This document shows, in pieces, positions 50,869-63,835 of a DNA stretch of 64,000 nucleotides. Source of the DNA: the human T2T-CHM13v2.0 reference genome, Homo sapiens. Position 1 is the stretch's first letter, and each line of letters starts with the position of its first letter. The DNA lies in NCBI RefSeq assembly GCF_009914755.1, contig NC_060928.1. One strand, written 5' to 3'. The notes beneath the pieces are model-generated. The model saw only the letters and a list, made by a program, of their open reading frames with translations. It did no database searches and was not told the DNA's origin. The position numbers were made by a program, and so were the translations under genes.

Positions 50869-51188
50869 ATAGTCCGTCCTCCACATCTGTGAGTTCCACA
50901 TCCATGGATTGAAAATATTCTGAAAAAAATAATTTAAAAAACAGCAATAAAAAAACCACAATTTTTTTTTTAAAAAAATAGAGTACAACTATTTATATAA
51001 CGTTTACATTGTATTAGGTATTACAAGAAATCTAGAGATTAAAGTATATGGGAAGATTGTGTAGGTTATATATATACAAATATTATGCCATTGTACATAA
51101 GGGACTTGAGCACTTGTGCACTTGCAGATTTTGGTATCTACAAAAGTTCCCGGAACCAATTCCTTGTGGATTTTGAGAAATGACTATT
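50869..51188. mobile_element. MER2/Tigger-family DNA transposon MITE
   Basis: 'tttacattgtattaggtattacaagaaatctagagat...agggacttgagca...ggaaccaattcc'. Confidence 0.75.
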
Positions 51189-52074
51189 AGCAAATTTGTG
51201 TCATCATCCCTTTGACTTACAGTGTAAAATAAAATCTTTGGCATGTGTTCATTCTATATTTGCATGAGAGTCATGTTTTTTAAATTTTTAAAAATATGCT
51301 TTGGCGTATTAAATGCTCTATCTAGCAAACATATTTTAGCAAACAGATTCTGATAATGCCAGACCATGCTAAAAACAGCAGCTATTTATGTTAGTCTAGT
51401 TTTTCAAACCTTGTTAAATAAACACTGGTAATAACATTTGAGGCTAATTCTTACAATAGCCAGACAATTTCTTTAATGAAGAGAAAAGATTTATTCACTA
51501 AATAGATCCCAGGATGAATCCCTAAATCACTAGTGTACTGTGTGATTGGTAACTAACTTATCCATTGAAACCTCAGATTCTTCAGAATGAAGATGTTAGA
51601 CTAGTTAATTTCTAATATTAGCTTATCTGTCTGAATATTATATTTTAAAATATAATTGTTATTAAGTTGCATTTTGAATTACCATCTTGATTTTTTGGTG
51701 GATTTATTCAATTAAAATGATTGATGAGTTCAAACAAATCAGAAAATATGTAAAGACTAACAAATAGAGATGGAAAAGTTACAGTGACACCTAAACTCAT
51801 ATCTACTTAGAAAATAAAATTTGCTTGAGTATTAAGGGCCAAGGAAAATAAGAAAAAAGTTTATCCAATGAAAATGGACATTTTAAATGCTGGGATATGT
51901 CATTCTCAATGCCTGGAAATCATAGATCTTGAACTTTCATAGGTTAATTATCTGACCTGACAAAGACAAGTTTGGTAAAATTATTGGAAAAGTTTGTTTT
52001 TTGTATCTTCCCACTTACCTCATGCATTGCTTCTCAAAGATTGCTTTTCCTCAGTAGTACCCTGGCCCTTTATT

Positions 52075-53300
52075 TAGTCATTCATTCAGTAGATATTTAT
52101 GTAATGAAATCATTATGACATGATACCATAAGCTAAAATCATAGACCTGAATAAGACATGCTTTTGTCTGCAAATAGCTACAGTTATTGAGAAAAAAGAA
52201 ACAAGTAAGTAGTAGAAGTAAATGCAATGTATTATGATAGAAAGGATAAGGGTAGAGAAAAGGGATTTGGCATGAATCCAGAAAGCTCTCAGAAGGCAAT
52301 ACTTAAACTGAAATTTGAGAAAAAATTATAACAGAATATGAGGTGAAAAGAGAAGAGTATTCCAATCAGAGGAAATACCAAGTTGATGATAGAGTGAAGC
52401 CACATTACACATTTAGAGAACTGCTAATATTTATTCACAGCTGAAGCAAAAATAGGTGTGAAAGTAACAGAAAGTGAAATCCCAGAATCAGGAAGGAAGT
52501 GATAATGAAGAGCTTACATTGTAAACTTAATTATTTGTAAATGTATCTGGTAGGAATGAAAAAGCATAAAGCATGAAGGTTTAAGCTACTAACATGACCT
52601 ACTGCCATTTAAAAAGTTGTCTATAGCAGCATTTACAGTGTGAAGGCAGAGTTGGCTCTTTTTTTTTTTTTTTGCTCTGATATGAACAATAATGATGATT
52701 ATAATAAAGGTCCAAGTTAAGGTAATGAAATTGAAAATAGAGAAAACAAACTTGAGAGAGAACTTGATTAAAGAGGACTTGAAAGAAAACGAAGAGTCAA
52801 TGAGGGAAGAGCAGAGATGAGTGATCACCAGATTTTGCCCTAGGAAATTGGGATGATAACAGTGACATTTTCCACGATGGGAAATAGCCAAAGTTAAGCC
52901 AATTTAATACCTAGAACCATAAAGGATTGTTAAAAATTGGTTTCACGCAATTGGTTTTAGATGTTATTATACACTCAGGCAGAGATTTCAATTAGGCAGT
53001 GATATATAGATAGCATGGGAGATTAGGATTCCAAATGTACATCTGGGATATAATTGGCAGCAGAATCCACAGAGATTTAAATGAGTTTATCTGGGAAGAA
53101 CATATTGTTGAAGGACCGCGTGAGGCTAAGGATACAGCCTGAGACATCAGGAATATTTGCAAGCCAAGCAGAGGAGTGTGTCTCATGAAAAGAACCAGAA
53201 AGACCCCAGGGAGTTAAGAGGAAAACGAAAGGTCTGCTTATATGTAAGCCAAAGTTAAGTAAGAATTTGAAGAAAGAAAATGGTCAAAAGCATCATGACC
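52075..53300 (-). mobile_element. L2 fragments (reverse)
   Basis: Starts 'tcattcattcagtagatattta' (L2 tail); purine-rich degenerate body. Confidence 0.55.
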
Positions 53301-53369
53301 TACAGAAAAATCTAATTAAAGGCAAAAATAAAAAAGACCATTATCTCCTAAATTTTGGAATCACATTAA

Positions 53370-53567
53370 ACTGTAGTTAACAATAACTTATTGTGTATTT
53401 CAAAATAACTTAAAGAGTGGAATTGGAATCCTCCTAATACAAAGGAATGATAAATGCTTGAGGTGATGGATGTCTCAATTACCCTGATTTGATCATTACC
53501 TATTGTATGCTTATATCAAAAGATCACATGTACCCCATGAATATGTACAATTATTATGTATTCATAA
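53370..53567 (+). mobile_element. L1MA 3' UTR fragment (continues at 59595-59610 after HERV-H)
   Basis: 'tgataaatgcttgaggtgatggatg...ccctgatttgatcatta...atcacatgtaccccat'. Confidence 0.85.
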
Positions 53568-54018
53568 TTTCATGCACGTCTGTGTGAAGAGACCACCAAA
53601 CAGGCTTTGTGTGAGCAACAAGGCTGTTTATTTCACCTGGGTGCAGGCGGGCTGAGTCCAAAAAGAGAGTCAGCGAAGGGAGATAGGGGTGGGGCCATTT
53701 TATAAGATTTGGGTAGATAAAGGAAAATTACAGGCAAGGGGGGTTGTTCTCTGGCAGGCAGAGTGGGGGTCACAAGGTGCTCAGTGGGGGAGCTTTTTGA
53801 GCCAGGATGAGCCAGGAGAAGGAATTTCACAAGGTAATGTCATCACTTAAGGCAAGGACCGGCCATTTTCACTTATTTTGTGGTGGAATGTCATCAGTTA
53901 AGGTGGGGCAGGGCATATTCACTTCTTTTGTTATTCTTCAGTTACTTCAGGCCATCTGGGGGCATAAGTGCAAGTCACAGGGGATGCGATGGCTTGGCTT
54001 GGGCTCAGAGGCCTGACA
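53568..54018 (-). mobile_element. LTR7 (3' LTR, 451 bp)
   Basis: Reverse complement TGTCAGGCCTCTGAGCCCAAGC...GTGCATGAAA. Confidence 0.95.
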
Positions 54019-55449
54019 TTCCTGCCTTCTTATATTAATAAGAAAAATAAAACAAAATAGTGTTGAAGTGTTGGGGCGGCGAAAATTTTTGGGGGGTGGT
54101 ATGGAGAGAGAGAATGGGTGATGTTTCTCAGGGCTGCTTCAAGCGGGATTAGGGGTGGCGTGGGAACCTAGAGTGGGAGAGATTAAGCTGAAGGGAGATC
54201 TTGTGGTAAGGGGTGATATTGTGGGGTTGTTTGAAGAAACATTTGCTGTATAGAATGATGGGTGATAGCCTGGATACGGTTTGGGATGAACTGAGAAACT
54301 AAATGGAATAAAAGAAGGAGAAAAACAGGTATAAAAGGTCTAAGAATTGGGACTACTCAGGACATCTGATTAGAGAGTGCCTAAGGAGATTCAGCGTAGT
54401 CCTGTCAGCAAAGATTATTTATTAACTTCAAAAGTTAAGAGTGGCAGTTTGGGGATAGCACTAGGAGATATCAGCTGTGATGGCTTGGAGAAACAGTGTA
54501 AACCGGCAGTGTAAACAAGAGCAGGGCATGTATGAGTAGTTGAGAACGGTGAATAGGAGTATGACTAGACAGAAGATAGTAGGGATGACAAGTTTTTTGG
54601 GGGGCACAGTCTAAGTTGGTCTGGTGTCTGGAATGAGACTGGGGCCTAATAAAAAGGAGCGTCTATACAGGAGCTCAAATGGGCTGTACCTTGTAGCATT
54701 CTGAGAACAGGTCTGACTTCCGAAAAGGGAAAGTGGTAAAAGTATTGTCCAGTCCTTTTTAAGTTGGTGGCTGAGCTTGGTGAGGTGTGTTTTTAAAAGA
54801 CCTTTAGTCCGTTCTATTTTTCCTGAAGATGGAGGACCATAAGGGATATAAAGGTTTCACTGAATGCTAAGAGCCTGAAAAACTGCTTGGCTGATTTGAC
54901 TAATAAAGGCTGGTCTGTTATCAGACTGTATAGAGGTGGGAAGGCTAAACTGAGGAATTATGTCTGACAGAAGGGAAGAAATGACTGCGGTGGCCTTCTC
55001 AGACCTTGTAGGAAAGGCCTATACCTATCCAGGGAAAGTGTCTACCTAGACTAAGAGGTATTTTAGTTATCTGACTCAGGGCATGTTGAGTAAAGCTAAT
55101 TTGCCAGTCCTGGGTGGGGGCAAATCCTCGAGCTTGGTGTGTAGGGAAGGGAGGGGGCCTGAATAATCCCTGAGGAGTAGTAGAATAGCAGATGGAACAC
55201 TGAGAAGTTATTTCCTTGAGGATAGATTTCCACGATGGAAAGGAAATGAGAGGTTCTAAGAGGCAGGCTAGTGGCTTGTGCTATAGCATAGCTTGTCTTT
55301 GCTGGTGTGTAGCGATTAGGCCTGGTGGAACCACCATCAATAAATCAAGCAAGATCAGGGTGAGGAACAGGAAAGAAGGAAATATGGGGAAATGGGGTGA
55401 ATGTCAGGTGGATCAGAGAAATACAGTCATGGGGGTCAGATGTGGTATC

Positions 55450-57035
55450 AGGAATAATGTGGGAGGCCGGATTGAAGTCCGGGCCAGGAACAATGGTAAT
55501 TGTGGGACTTAACAAAGAGTGAGTACAGCTGAAGGAGCCGGGGAGCAGAAAGTATATGCGTCAGGTATGAGGAAGAAAATAGATTTTGGAAGTTATGAGA
55601 AATGTAGAGAGTAAGTTGAGCATGGTTTGTGATTTTGAGGGCCTCTAAAAGTATTAGGGTGGCAGCAGCTGCTGCACGGAGACATGATGGACAGCCTAAA
55701 ACAGTAAGGTCAAGTTGCATGGACAAAAAGGCTAGGGGACACGATCCCGGTCCTTGTGTAAGAATTCTGACTGCACAGCCCTGCACTTCGGCTGTGTGTA
55801 ATGAAAAGGGTTGGGATGAGTCAGGGAGAGCTAGAGTGGGGGCAGTCTCTAAAGCTGTCTTCAGGGAATGGAAAGAGGAGTGGGGAAAGGATTTAGGATC
55901 TATGGGGTCAGCTAGGTTTCCTTTTGTGCGTTTATATAATGGTTTTGTTAGGATGTAGGTTTCCTTTTGTAAGTTTATATAATGGTTTTGTTAGGATGGC
56001 AAAACCAGGTATCCAAAGGCAAAAGTATCCAACTATGCCCAGGAAGGAAAGGAGTTGTTGTTTTGTAGAAGCGGTTGGGGTTTGGGAGATTAATCAGACA
56101 TGATCAGCAGGGAGAGCATGTGTGTTTTTATGAGAATTATGCTGAGATAGGTAACAGATAAGGAAGAAATTTGGGCTTGACTGAAGTAATGGGGGCTGTC
56201 TGTGAAGCTTTGCGGCAGTACAGCCCAGGTAATTTGCTGAGCCTGATGGGTGTCAGGGTCAGTTCAAGTGAAAGTGAAGAGAGGCTGGGATGATGGGTGC
56301 AAAGGAATAGTAAAGAAAGCATGTTTGAGATCCAGAACAGAATAATGGATTGTGGAGGGAGGTATTGAGGATAGGAGAGTATATGGGTTTGGCACCATAG
56401 GGTGGATAGGCAAAACAATTTGGTTGATAAAGCTTAGATCCTGAACTAACTTGTAAGGCTTGTCTGGTTGTAGGACAGGTAAAATGGGGAAATTGTAAGG
56501 AGAGTTTATAGGCTTAAAAGGCCATGCTGTAGCAGGTGAGTGATAACAGGCTTTGATCCTTTCAAAGCATGCTGTGGGATGGGATATTGGCATTGAGCGG
56601 GGTAAGGGTGATTAGGTTTTAATGAGATGGTAAGGGGTGCATGATTGGTCGCCAAGGAGGCAGTAGAGGTATCTTATAATTGTGGGTTAAGGTAGGGAAA
56701 TACAACAGGAGGACGCAAAGGAGGCTTTGGATTGGGAGGAAGGGCAGCAATGAGATGTAGCTGTGATCCAGGAATAGTCAGGGAAGCAGATAATTTAGTT
56801 AAAGTGTCTCAGCCTAATAAGGGAACTGGGCAGGTGGGGATAATTAAAAGGAGTGCTTAAAAGAGCATTGTCTAAGTTGGCACCAGAGTTGGGGAGTTTT
56901 AAGAGGTTTAGAAGCCTGGCCGTCAATACCCACAACAGTTATGGAGGCAAGGGAAACAGGCCCTTGAAAAGAAGGTAATGTGGAGTGGGTAGCCTCCGTG
57001 TTGATTAAGAAGGGGACGGACTTACCTTCCACTGT
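55450..57035 (-). pseudogene. pol: HERV-H pro-pol remnants
   Basis: 'VPFLINTEATHSTL' (protease), 'SPYNFPILPV...YKLVQDL', 'YSVLDLKHAFFTIPLHP' (RT), 'PLAFLSMQLD' (tether); fragmented. Confidence 0.9.
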
Positions 57036-57111
57036 GAGAGTTACCCAAAGCTCGGCGTCCGTGATGGTCTAGGGGGCTTCCGAGGCGATCCGCAGCGTCA
57101 GTCTTCAGTCG

Positions 57112-58250
57112 CTAAGCCAAGAAGATCTGGGAAGGAGTCAGAGAGCCTTGGGTCAGAGTTCTAGGGGCTCTGGGAGTGGCTGCCAGGTGAGTTGGACAGT
57201 CCGATTTCCATTGGGGTCCCGCACAGATGGGATGTGGCTTAGGAGGAATCCTGGGCTGCAGGCATTCCTTGGCTTGGTGGTCAGATTTCTGGCACTTGTA
57301 GCAAGCTCCTGGGGGAGGAGGTTCTGGAGGAATGCCTGGCTGCTGCAGTTCAGGCGTTTGGAAGTTCTTGTGTGCTGGAGATGTGGCTGGGGTTTGTCTC
57401 ACAGTGGAAGCAAGCAATTGCAACTTTTTTCTATTATTGTACACCTTGAAGGCGAGGTTAATTAAATCCTGTTGTGGGGTTTGAGGGCCGGAATTTAATT
57501 TTGGGGGTTTTATTTAATGTAGGGAGCAGATGGGGTAATAAATGTATTTTAAGAATAAGACGGCCTTTTGACATTTCAGGGTCTAGGGCTGTAAAGCATC
57601 TCAGGGTTGCTGCCAAACGATCCATGAACTGGGCTGGATTTTTATATTTGATGAAAAAGAGCCTAAATGCTATCTGATATGGGATAAAGAAAAAGGAGCA
57701 TTAACCTTGACTATGCCTTTAGCTCCAGCCACCTTTTTAAGAGTAAATTGCTGGGCAGGTGGGGGAGGGCTACTCACGGAAGAGAACTGTAAGCCACACC
57801 AGGTGTGAGGAGGGGAGGTGATAAAAGGATTATAGGGTGGAGGAACGGAGGCTGAGGAAGAATTGGGACCTAGTTCGGCCTGGCGAGGAAGGGAGAAGTC
57901 AGATGGGTCTGTAGAAAAGGAAGATTAGAAAGACTCAGCAACGATTGGGGTTGGGACTGAGGGGACAGGCAGGAGGGAAAGAAGGAAGATTTGGGACAAG
58001 TTGCATTGGGAACAGAGACTAGGAAGGGACCGATGTGTAAAAGAATGCCTGGATGTCAGGCATCTCAGACCGTTTGCCTATTTTGCGACAAGAATTATTT
58101 AGATCTTGCAGGATGGAAAAATTGAAAGTGCTGTTTTCTGGCTATTTGGAACTACTGTCGAGTTTGTATTGGGGTCAAGCGGCATTGCAGAAGAAAATAA
58201 GATGCTTAGATTTTAGGTCAGGTGAGAGTTGAAGAGGTTTTAAGTTCTTA
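57112..58250 (-). pseudogene. gag: HERV-H gag remnant
   Basis: Zinc knuckle 'CYKCQKSDHQAKEC' and a degenerate second knuckle 'PHPICAGPQWKSDC'. Upstream boundary approximate. Confidence 0.85.
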
Positions 58251-59063
58251 AGAACACAGGCTAAGGGAGAAGAAGGAGGAATGGAAGGTGGAAGCTTGCC
58301 CATAGTGAAGGAGGAAAGCCCAGAGAAGAGACGAGACAGGGAGAAGTGGTGGGGGGTTCTTGCCCTCCAGAAAAGCAGAGAAGGGGTTGGGGCACAGAGA
58401 TAGGAGGTCGGGGCATGGAAATAAGGGATCGGGGCACAGAGATACGAGGTTGGGGTACTTGCCCCTTCACCAGAAAAGCGGGACTTGCTGCTAAGGGTGA
58501 AGGAGAAGGGGTTGGGGGTTTCTTGCCCCCCAGAAATGCAGAGAAGGGGTAGAGACATGCGGAGAAGGGGTAGAGACATGGAGAGAAGGGGTTGGGGTAC
58601 TTGCCTCTCCCCCAGAAAAGCGGGACTTGCTGCTAAGGGTGAAGGACCAAGGCAGGTGTCCCTGTGTGGTCTAACACCTCTGAAACCTGGGTGAATAATC
58701 AGAGAGGTGTCCCTGCAATGATTAAACACCAAGGGAAGGCTGCCTTCCCTAGTTCGTGACTGGCGCCGGAGTTTTGGGTCCATGGATAAAACGTGTCTCC
58801 TTTGTCTCCACCAGAAAATGAAAGGAATTGAAATAAAGAGAAGGGAGAGATTGAAGTGTGGCACCAAGATTGAAAGGAGAAAGAGGTTGAGGGATAGTGA
58901 GGGAGGTTGAAGAAGAGAGTAAAAAGAGGCTGCTTACCGGATTTGAAATTGGTGAGATGTTTCTTGAGCTGGTTGGTCTGAGGACCTGTGGTCATAGGTG
59001 GATCTTTCTCACGGAGCAAAGAACAGGAGGACAGGGGATGGATCTCCCAAGGGAGGTCCCCCA

Positions 59064-59081
59064 ATCTGAGTCACGGCACCA
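59064..59081 (-). other. PBS complementary to tRNA-His
   Basis: Reverse complement TGGTGCCGTGACTCAGAT; canonical is TGGTGCCGTGACTCGGAT. Confidence 0.92.
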
Positions 59082-59083
59082 AA

Positions 59084-59589
59084 TTTCATGCGCGTCCCTG
59101 TGAAGAGACCACCAAACAGGCTTTGTGTGAGCAACAAGGCTGTTTACTTCACCTGGGTGCAGGCGGGCTGAGTCCGAAAAGAGAGTCAGTGAAGGGAGAT
59201 GGGGTGGGGCTGTTTTATAGGATTTGGGTAGGTAAAGGAAAATTACAGTCAAAGGGGGGTTGTTCTCTGGTGGGCAGAGTGGGGGTTGCAAGGTGCTCAG
59301 TGGGGGAGCTTTTTGAGCCAGGATGAGCCAGGAGAAGGAATTTCACAAGGTAATGTCATCACTTAAGGCAAGGACCGGCCATTTTTACTTCTTTTGTGGT
59401 GGAATGGCATCAGTTAAAGCAAGAACGGGCCATTTACACTTTCTTCTTTTGTGGTGGAATGTCATCAGTTAAGGCGGGGCAGGGCATATTCACTTCTTTT
59501 GTAATTCTTCAGTTACTTCAGGCCATCTGGGTGTATACGTGCAAGTCACAGGGGATGCGATGGCTTGGCTTGGGCTCAGAGGCCTGACA
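59084..59589 (-). mobile_element. LTR7 (5' LTR, 506 bp)
   Basis: Colinear with the 3' LTR plus one extra U3 repeat unit. Confidence 0.95.
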
Positions 59590-60106
59590 CATAATAATTA
59601 AAAATAGAGAATATTTACAAAAGTCAATGATTGTCTTCACTTACAAATGACACCAGCTATGGATCTTTTTTTGTCAATTTGGCTTGGATTATTCCAAAAT
59701 AGTATTGTCCTGAAGGTACAGGAGAGAGGTCCAGAGCACAGAGAGGTAGTTTATTTTTTCATTTTTTTGCCCGAAATAATTACTGTTCTGAGGAAGTGAT
59801 ACAAAAGTTTAATTAAATACCAATATTTCTAATGTGACAATTTACTTGGAGAAATAAATATTTTAATATGCTTTTCTATTTAGTAATTGTTGCATGAAAA
59901 TAAAAAAAATTGTTATCAAGTTCACCCATTGAAATCTGCATCATGTTCTACACAAGTTTTGCTAATTTTTGAAAGCTGGGGTCACTCAGATACCTTATTC
60001 TTAACCTGAAAGACCCTCAGACCAAATTTTATTCTGTGAAATATTTTTAACTTTTGAGAATAATCTAATTGCTTATATAAATATTTATCAAAAATAGACC
60101 TTTGAA

Positions 60107-60421
60107 GTGTTAAATGGAAAAAAAGGAAAACCTTAGATAAGTTTGAGTTTATTTGTGTAAATGAAAACAAAAATGATTTGTGAATCAGCAGCTGTTTGAA
60201 CAACAGCAGGTTTAGAAAGCTCCAACCAATAACATGATCTGACAGCATTTACAGGAAACAAAAGTGCAGTGTAGAGACAGCTCAGTTATTGATAACTTGG
60301 CTACAGTGCCTCCTGAAATTAACTAAACCTCAGCTGCTAGAGTTAAACTCCATATTGGTTTGATGTGTTAGGCTTAGTGCAGGAGCCTCATTCCACGGCC
60401 TCCTATAAATTGTATTTAACA
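60107..60421 (-). mobile_element. Old ERV1 solo LTR (LTR37-like)
   Basis: tgttaaa...tttaaca termini; reverse complement 'tttataggaggcc...ctcctgcactaagcc...aaaccaatatggagt'. Confidence 0.55.
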
Positions 60422-60474
60422 AAACAATCTTTGAACATTTCATATTTTTGAAAAGTAAAAAGCCAAATGTTTAA

Positions 60475-60807
<333 letters not shown>

Positions 60808-60864
60808 CCACCATACTTTATTTGTGAAAGACATAACCAACAGATCATCACAATAAAAATAATA

Positions 60865-61170
60865 TTTATTTATTTATTTATTTATTTTTGAGACGGAGTC
60901 TGGCTGTGTCGCCCAGGCTGGAGTGCAGTGGCACAATCTTGGCTCACTGCAAGCTCCACCTCCTGGGTTCACGCCATTCTCCTGCCTCAGCCTCCTGAGT
61001 AGCTAGGACTACAGGCGCCCGCCACCACGCCTGGCTAATTTTTTGTATTTTTAGTAGAGACGGGGTTTCACCGTGTTAGCCAGGATGATCTCGATCTCCT
61101 GACCTCGTGATCCGCCCACCTCGGCCTCCCAAAGTGTTGGGATTACAGGCGTGAGCCACCATGCCCGGCC
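60865..61170 (-). mobile_element. AluY SINE with (TTTA)n tail
   Basis: AluY diagnostics 'gcaagctcc', 'ttcacgccattctcc', 'accgtgttagccaggatg'; TSD-like ataatatttatt / ataatttttatt. Confidence 0.93.
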
Positions 61171-61179
61171 ATAATTTTT

Positions 61180-61390
61180 ATTTTTTAAAATTTATTTTAA
61201 TTATTTTTTGTGGGTACAAAGTAATTTTTATTTTTTCTTTTTGTTGGTACATAGTAGGTATATATATTTTGGGGGTAAAAAAAATGAGATGTTTAGATAC
61301 AGGCATGCAACGTGAAGTAATCACATCATTATTGTGATTAATGAAAGAATGGCATAACCATCCCCTCAAGCATTTATTTTTTGTATTATG
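61180..61390 (-). mobile_element. L1MA 3' end fragment
   Basis: 'ggtacatagtaggtatatatattttgggg...gatacaggcatgcaacgtgaagtaatcacatc'. Confidence 0.75.
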
Positions 61391-63429
61391 CTTATTTTCT
61401 TCTAAACCGTATCAACTGCAAAACAAACAAAAGTCAGGTTATATAATTTAAAATGTTAACTTATTATATCTTAACTGGAAGCCTTAGATAAGATTCCTTA
61501 AACAGATCTGGCTGTGCTTCTAAGAGCAATCTAAACAAATAATATAAATATCTATATAAAATATATAATAATATAAAAAAAGAAATAACACTTGTTGCTA
61601 ATGGTGTCATCTATTTCATATGGTGATAGAACAACATAATAATCCTCCATTTCTTGCAATGTTTTGATGAATATTACTCCAGATTACTCACAAGTTCTAA
61701 GGAATATATTATTAGAATTCTTCCTATGCTAGAACATGTATGTGGAAGAAACTCATTTCATTTTCCTAGATTCCTTCCACAGTATCCATTGAACAGTGTT
61801 GTAGATTCGAAATTACATTGTTCCATTCCTTTTCATGTATTTTCCTTGGTTCTGGTTCTCTTGTTTTTCCTGAATGCTGAAAGCAGTTTTTGAGCATCTC
61901 TGACTTTCACAAGTAAGTGTGGATTTTTAAACATCTTAATGAAGGTGCAGAAAATTGGCCAATTGTCCTTCTTTCTAATCACCATTTTCACTCCATACTC
62001 TGGCACTGTGAGCAGTCACTCTCAGATTTGTCTTCAGATGCTGTTCTTCTGCTGGCTGCCAGCCAGGAGGCTGTAAAGAAAACTATAGCCCAAGGCAACG
62101 CGACTCAGTCCACAGGACTGCTGCTTGATTCCTTGAGGATTTGAAGTCAGAGCTCCTTATTAGTGGCCTCAGGATTTATGTTTCAGGCACACCTTGGGCC
62201 TGGTAACACAGGCCTTGTGACCAACCAAGTACCACAAGTTGCAAAAATCAATCTGCTTTTCATTGAAGGAGGCTTGACTTATTTACTATGTCATCTAAAT
62301 TTCTTTAAAATAAACTGATAGCGGACACATCACATTTATCTTCACTAGCCCAACCTGATCATTTCTTTGACCTTTTTTTTTTAAAGTGCTTCTAAACTCA
62401 TATTTAAAAATTACTATTGCCAGTTTTACTCCAGTATTTATTTAATTTTTCCTGTGTGTGGTAAAATCAGAACAGGAGAAGATATAACACTATGTTTTGT
62501 TAACTGAGCATTGTCTTTTATTTTTTGTTCATTTTTACTTCCTTTCTATTTCATATTTATGTGTTTACTTCTATCCATCACTATATTAGCCATTTTTCCC
62601 TAATCATGGTCTTTTTCTTAATTCCTCAGATTCTTTTGAGAGGAACCCTAGCCCATATTTTGATGCCAAATCTGCCTAAAAATCATCCACGTATCTCACT
62701 TGTTCCTTAAGACAACATTTTCAGCATTCTTTTCACTTGACTAGTATCCTTCAGGATGCCCTCTGAGGGCTGATAGAGATCTGCTAAGGCAAAACCACAA
62801 AACATAATATAAATGAGAGCTTTATTTTATAGATGGCTTCTGAGCTCATATCAGTAATTTTCTACTAGACTATTGTCTATCTCTCTAATCTACAAATAAG
62901 ATTGAACCAGTCATCTGAGATGTGAGGATTTGATTTAAAAAAGAAAGAAAAAAAAAGATTGAACCAAATTAGCACTCTTAAAGAGCCAAACTGTTTTAAC
63001 TGCATGAGGACCATTCTACTAGGTACCTGCACGAAAAGGTAAAAAAGTCAAAATGCCATAGCTGACCCAACCTTTTCATTCTGTCACGCTGGCCTCAGGA
63101 TAGAGCAGGTTGAATAATTTGGTTATTCTTTATAGATTATATAAATTTATAGTTATATAAATTTATAGTTTCAGTGCTTTCATGGCTCCTATAATGTGGC
63201 TGAATGATTGAGGTTATGGGTCAGGAGTTCAAAGTAAAGGTCTGTTGTGATTGGCATCAGATAATTTCCTCTGCCCTTGCCACTAGATTTGTCTACCTGA
63301 ACAAATCCAGCTTCTAGTTGATGCCTTGTTCATATGGCTGCTACTGCAGATTGGGACAGTCAATGGCTGATTTCCTCTGAAAATGCAGTTCAGACATTGG
63401 GATTCTAAGTATTTATAGATCAATAATCT

Positions 63430-63835
63430 TTTTTACCCAGCTTCAATGAGGTATACTTGGCAAATAAAAATTGTAAATATCCAAGGCATACAATGTGATA
63501 TTTCAATCTATGTATACATATATTGATACATATGAAATGATTACCATGATCGAGCTAATTAACATATCCATCACCTCACATGGTTATATATATTTTTTGT
63601 AGTGAGAATACTTAACATCTACTATTTTAGCAAATTTCAAGCATACAATACATTGTTATTAACTATATTCACCATACTGTATATTAGGGCTTCAGAACTT
63701 GCATTTAAACTGCAAGTTTTTACCTTTTGATCAACATCTCCCCATTTCTCCTAACCTCAACCCTGGTAACCACCTTTCTACTCTCTTTCTATGAGTTCAG
63801 CTTTTTTGATTCCACATATATGTGAAATCACATAG
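63430..63835 (-). mobile_element. L1MA/MB 3' end fragment
   Basis: 'gctaattaacatatccatcacctcaca...atttcaagcatacaatac...gattccacatatatgtga'. Confidence 0.8.

Larger units (their letters stand above)
53568..59589 (-). mobile_element. HERV-H provirus (two LTR7, common internally deleted type)
   Basis: LTR7 at both ends, PBS-His, gag/pro/RT remnants, PPT aagaaggcaggaa; perfect 5-bp TSD cataa at 53563-53567 and 59590-59594. Confidence 0.96.

Noticed and set aside
50064-59081. tRNA-matching sequences as tRNA genes
   Set aside because: Only 18-20 nt 3'-end matches adjacent to LTRs, i.e. primer-binding sites.
58175-59326. 230-aa and neighbouring ORFs as novel proteins
   Set aside because: They translate the HERV-H leader and LTR with its internal repeats and show no domain signature.
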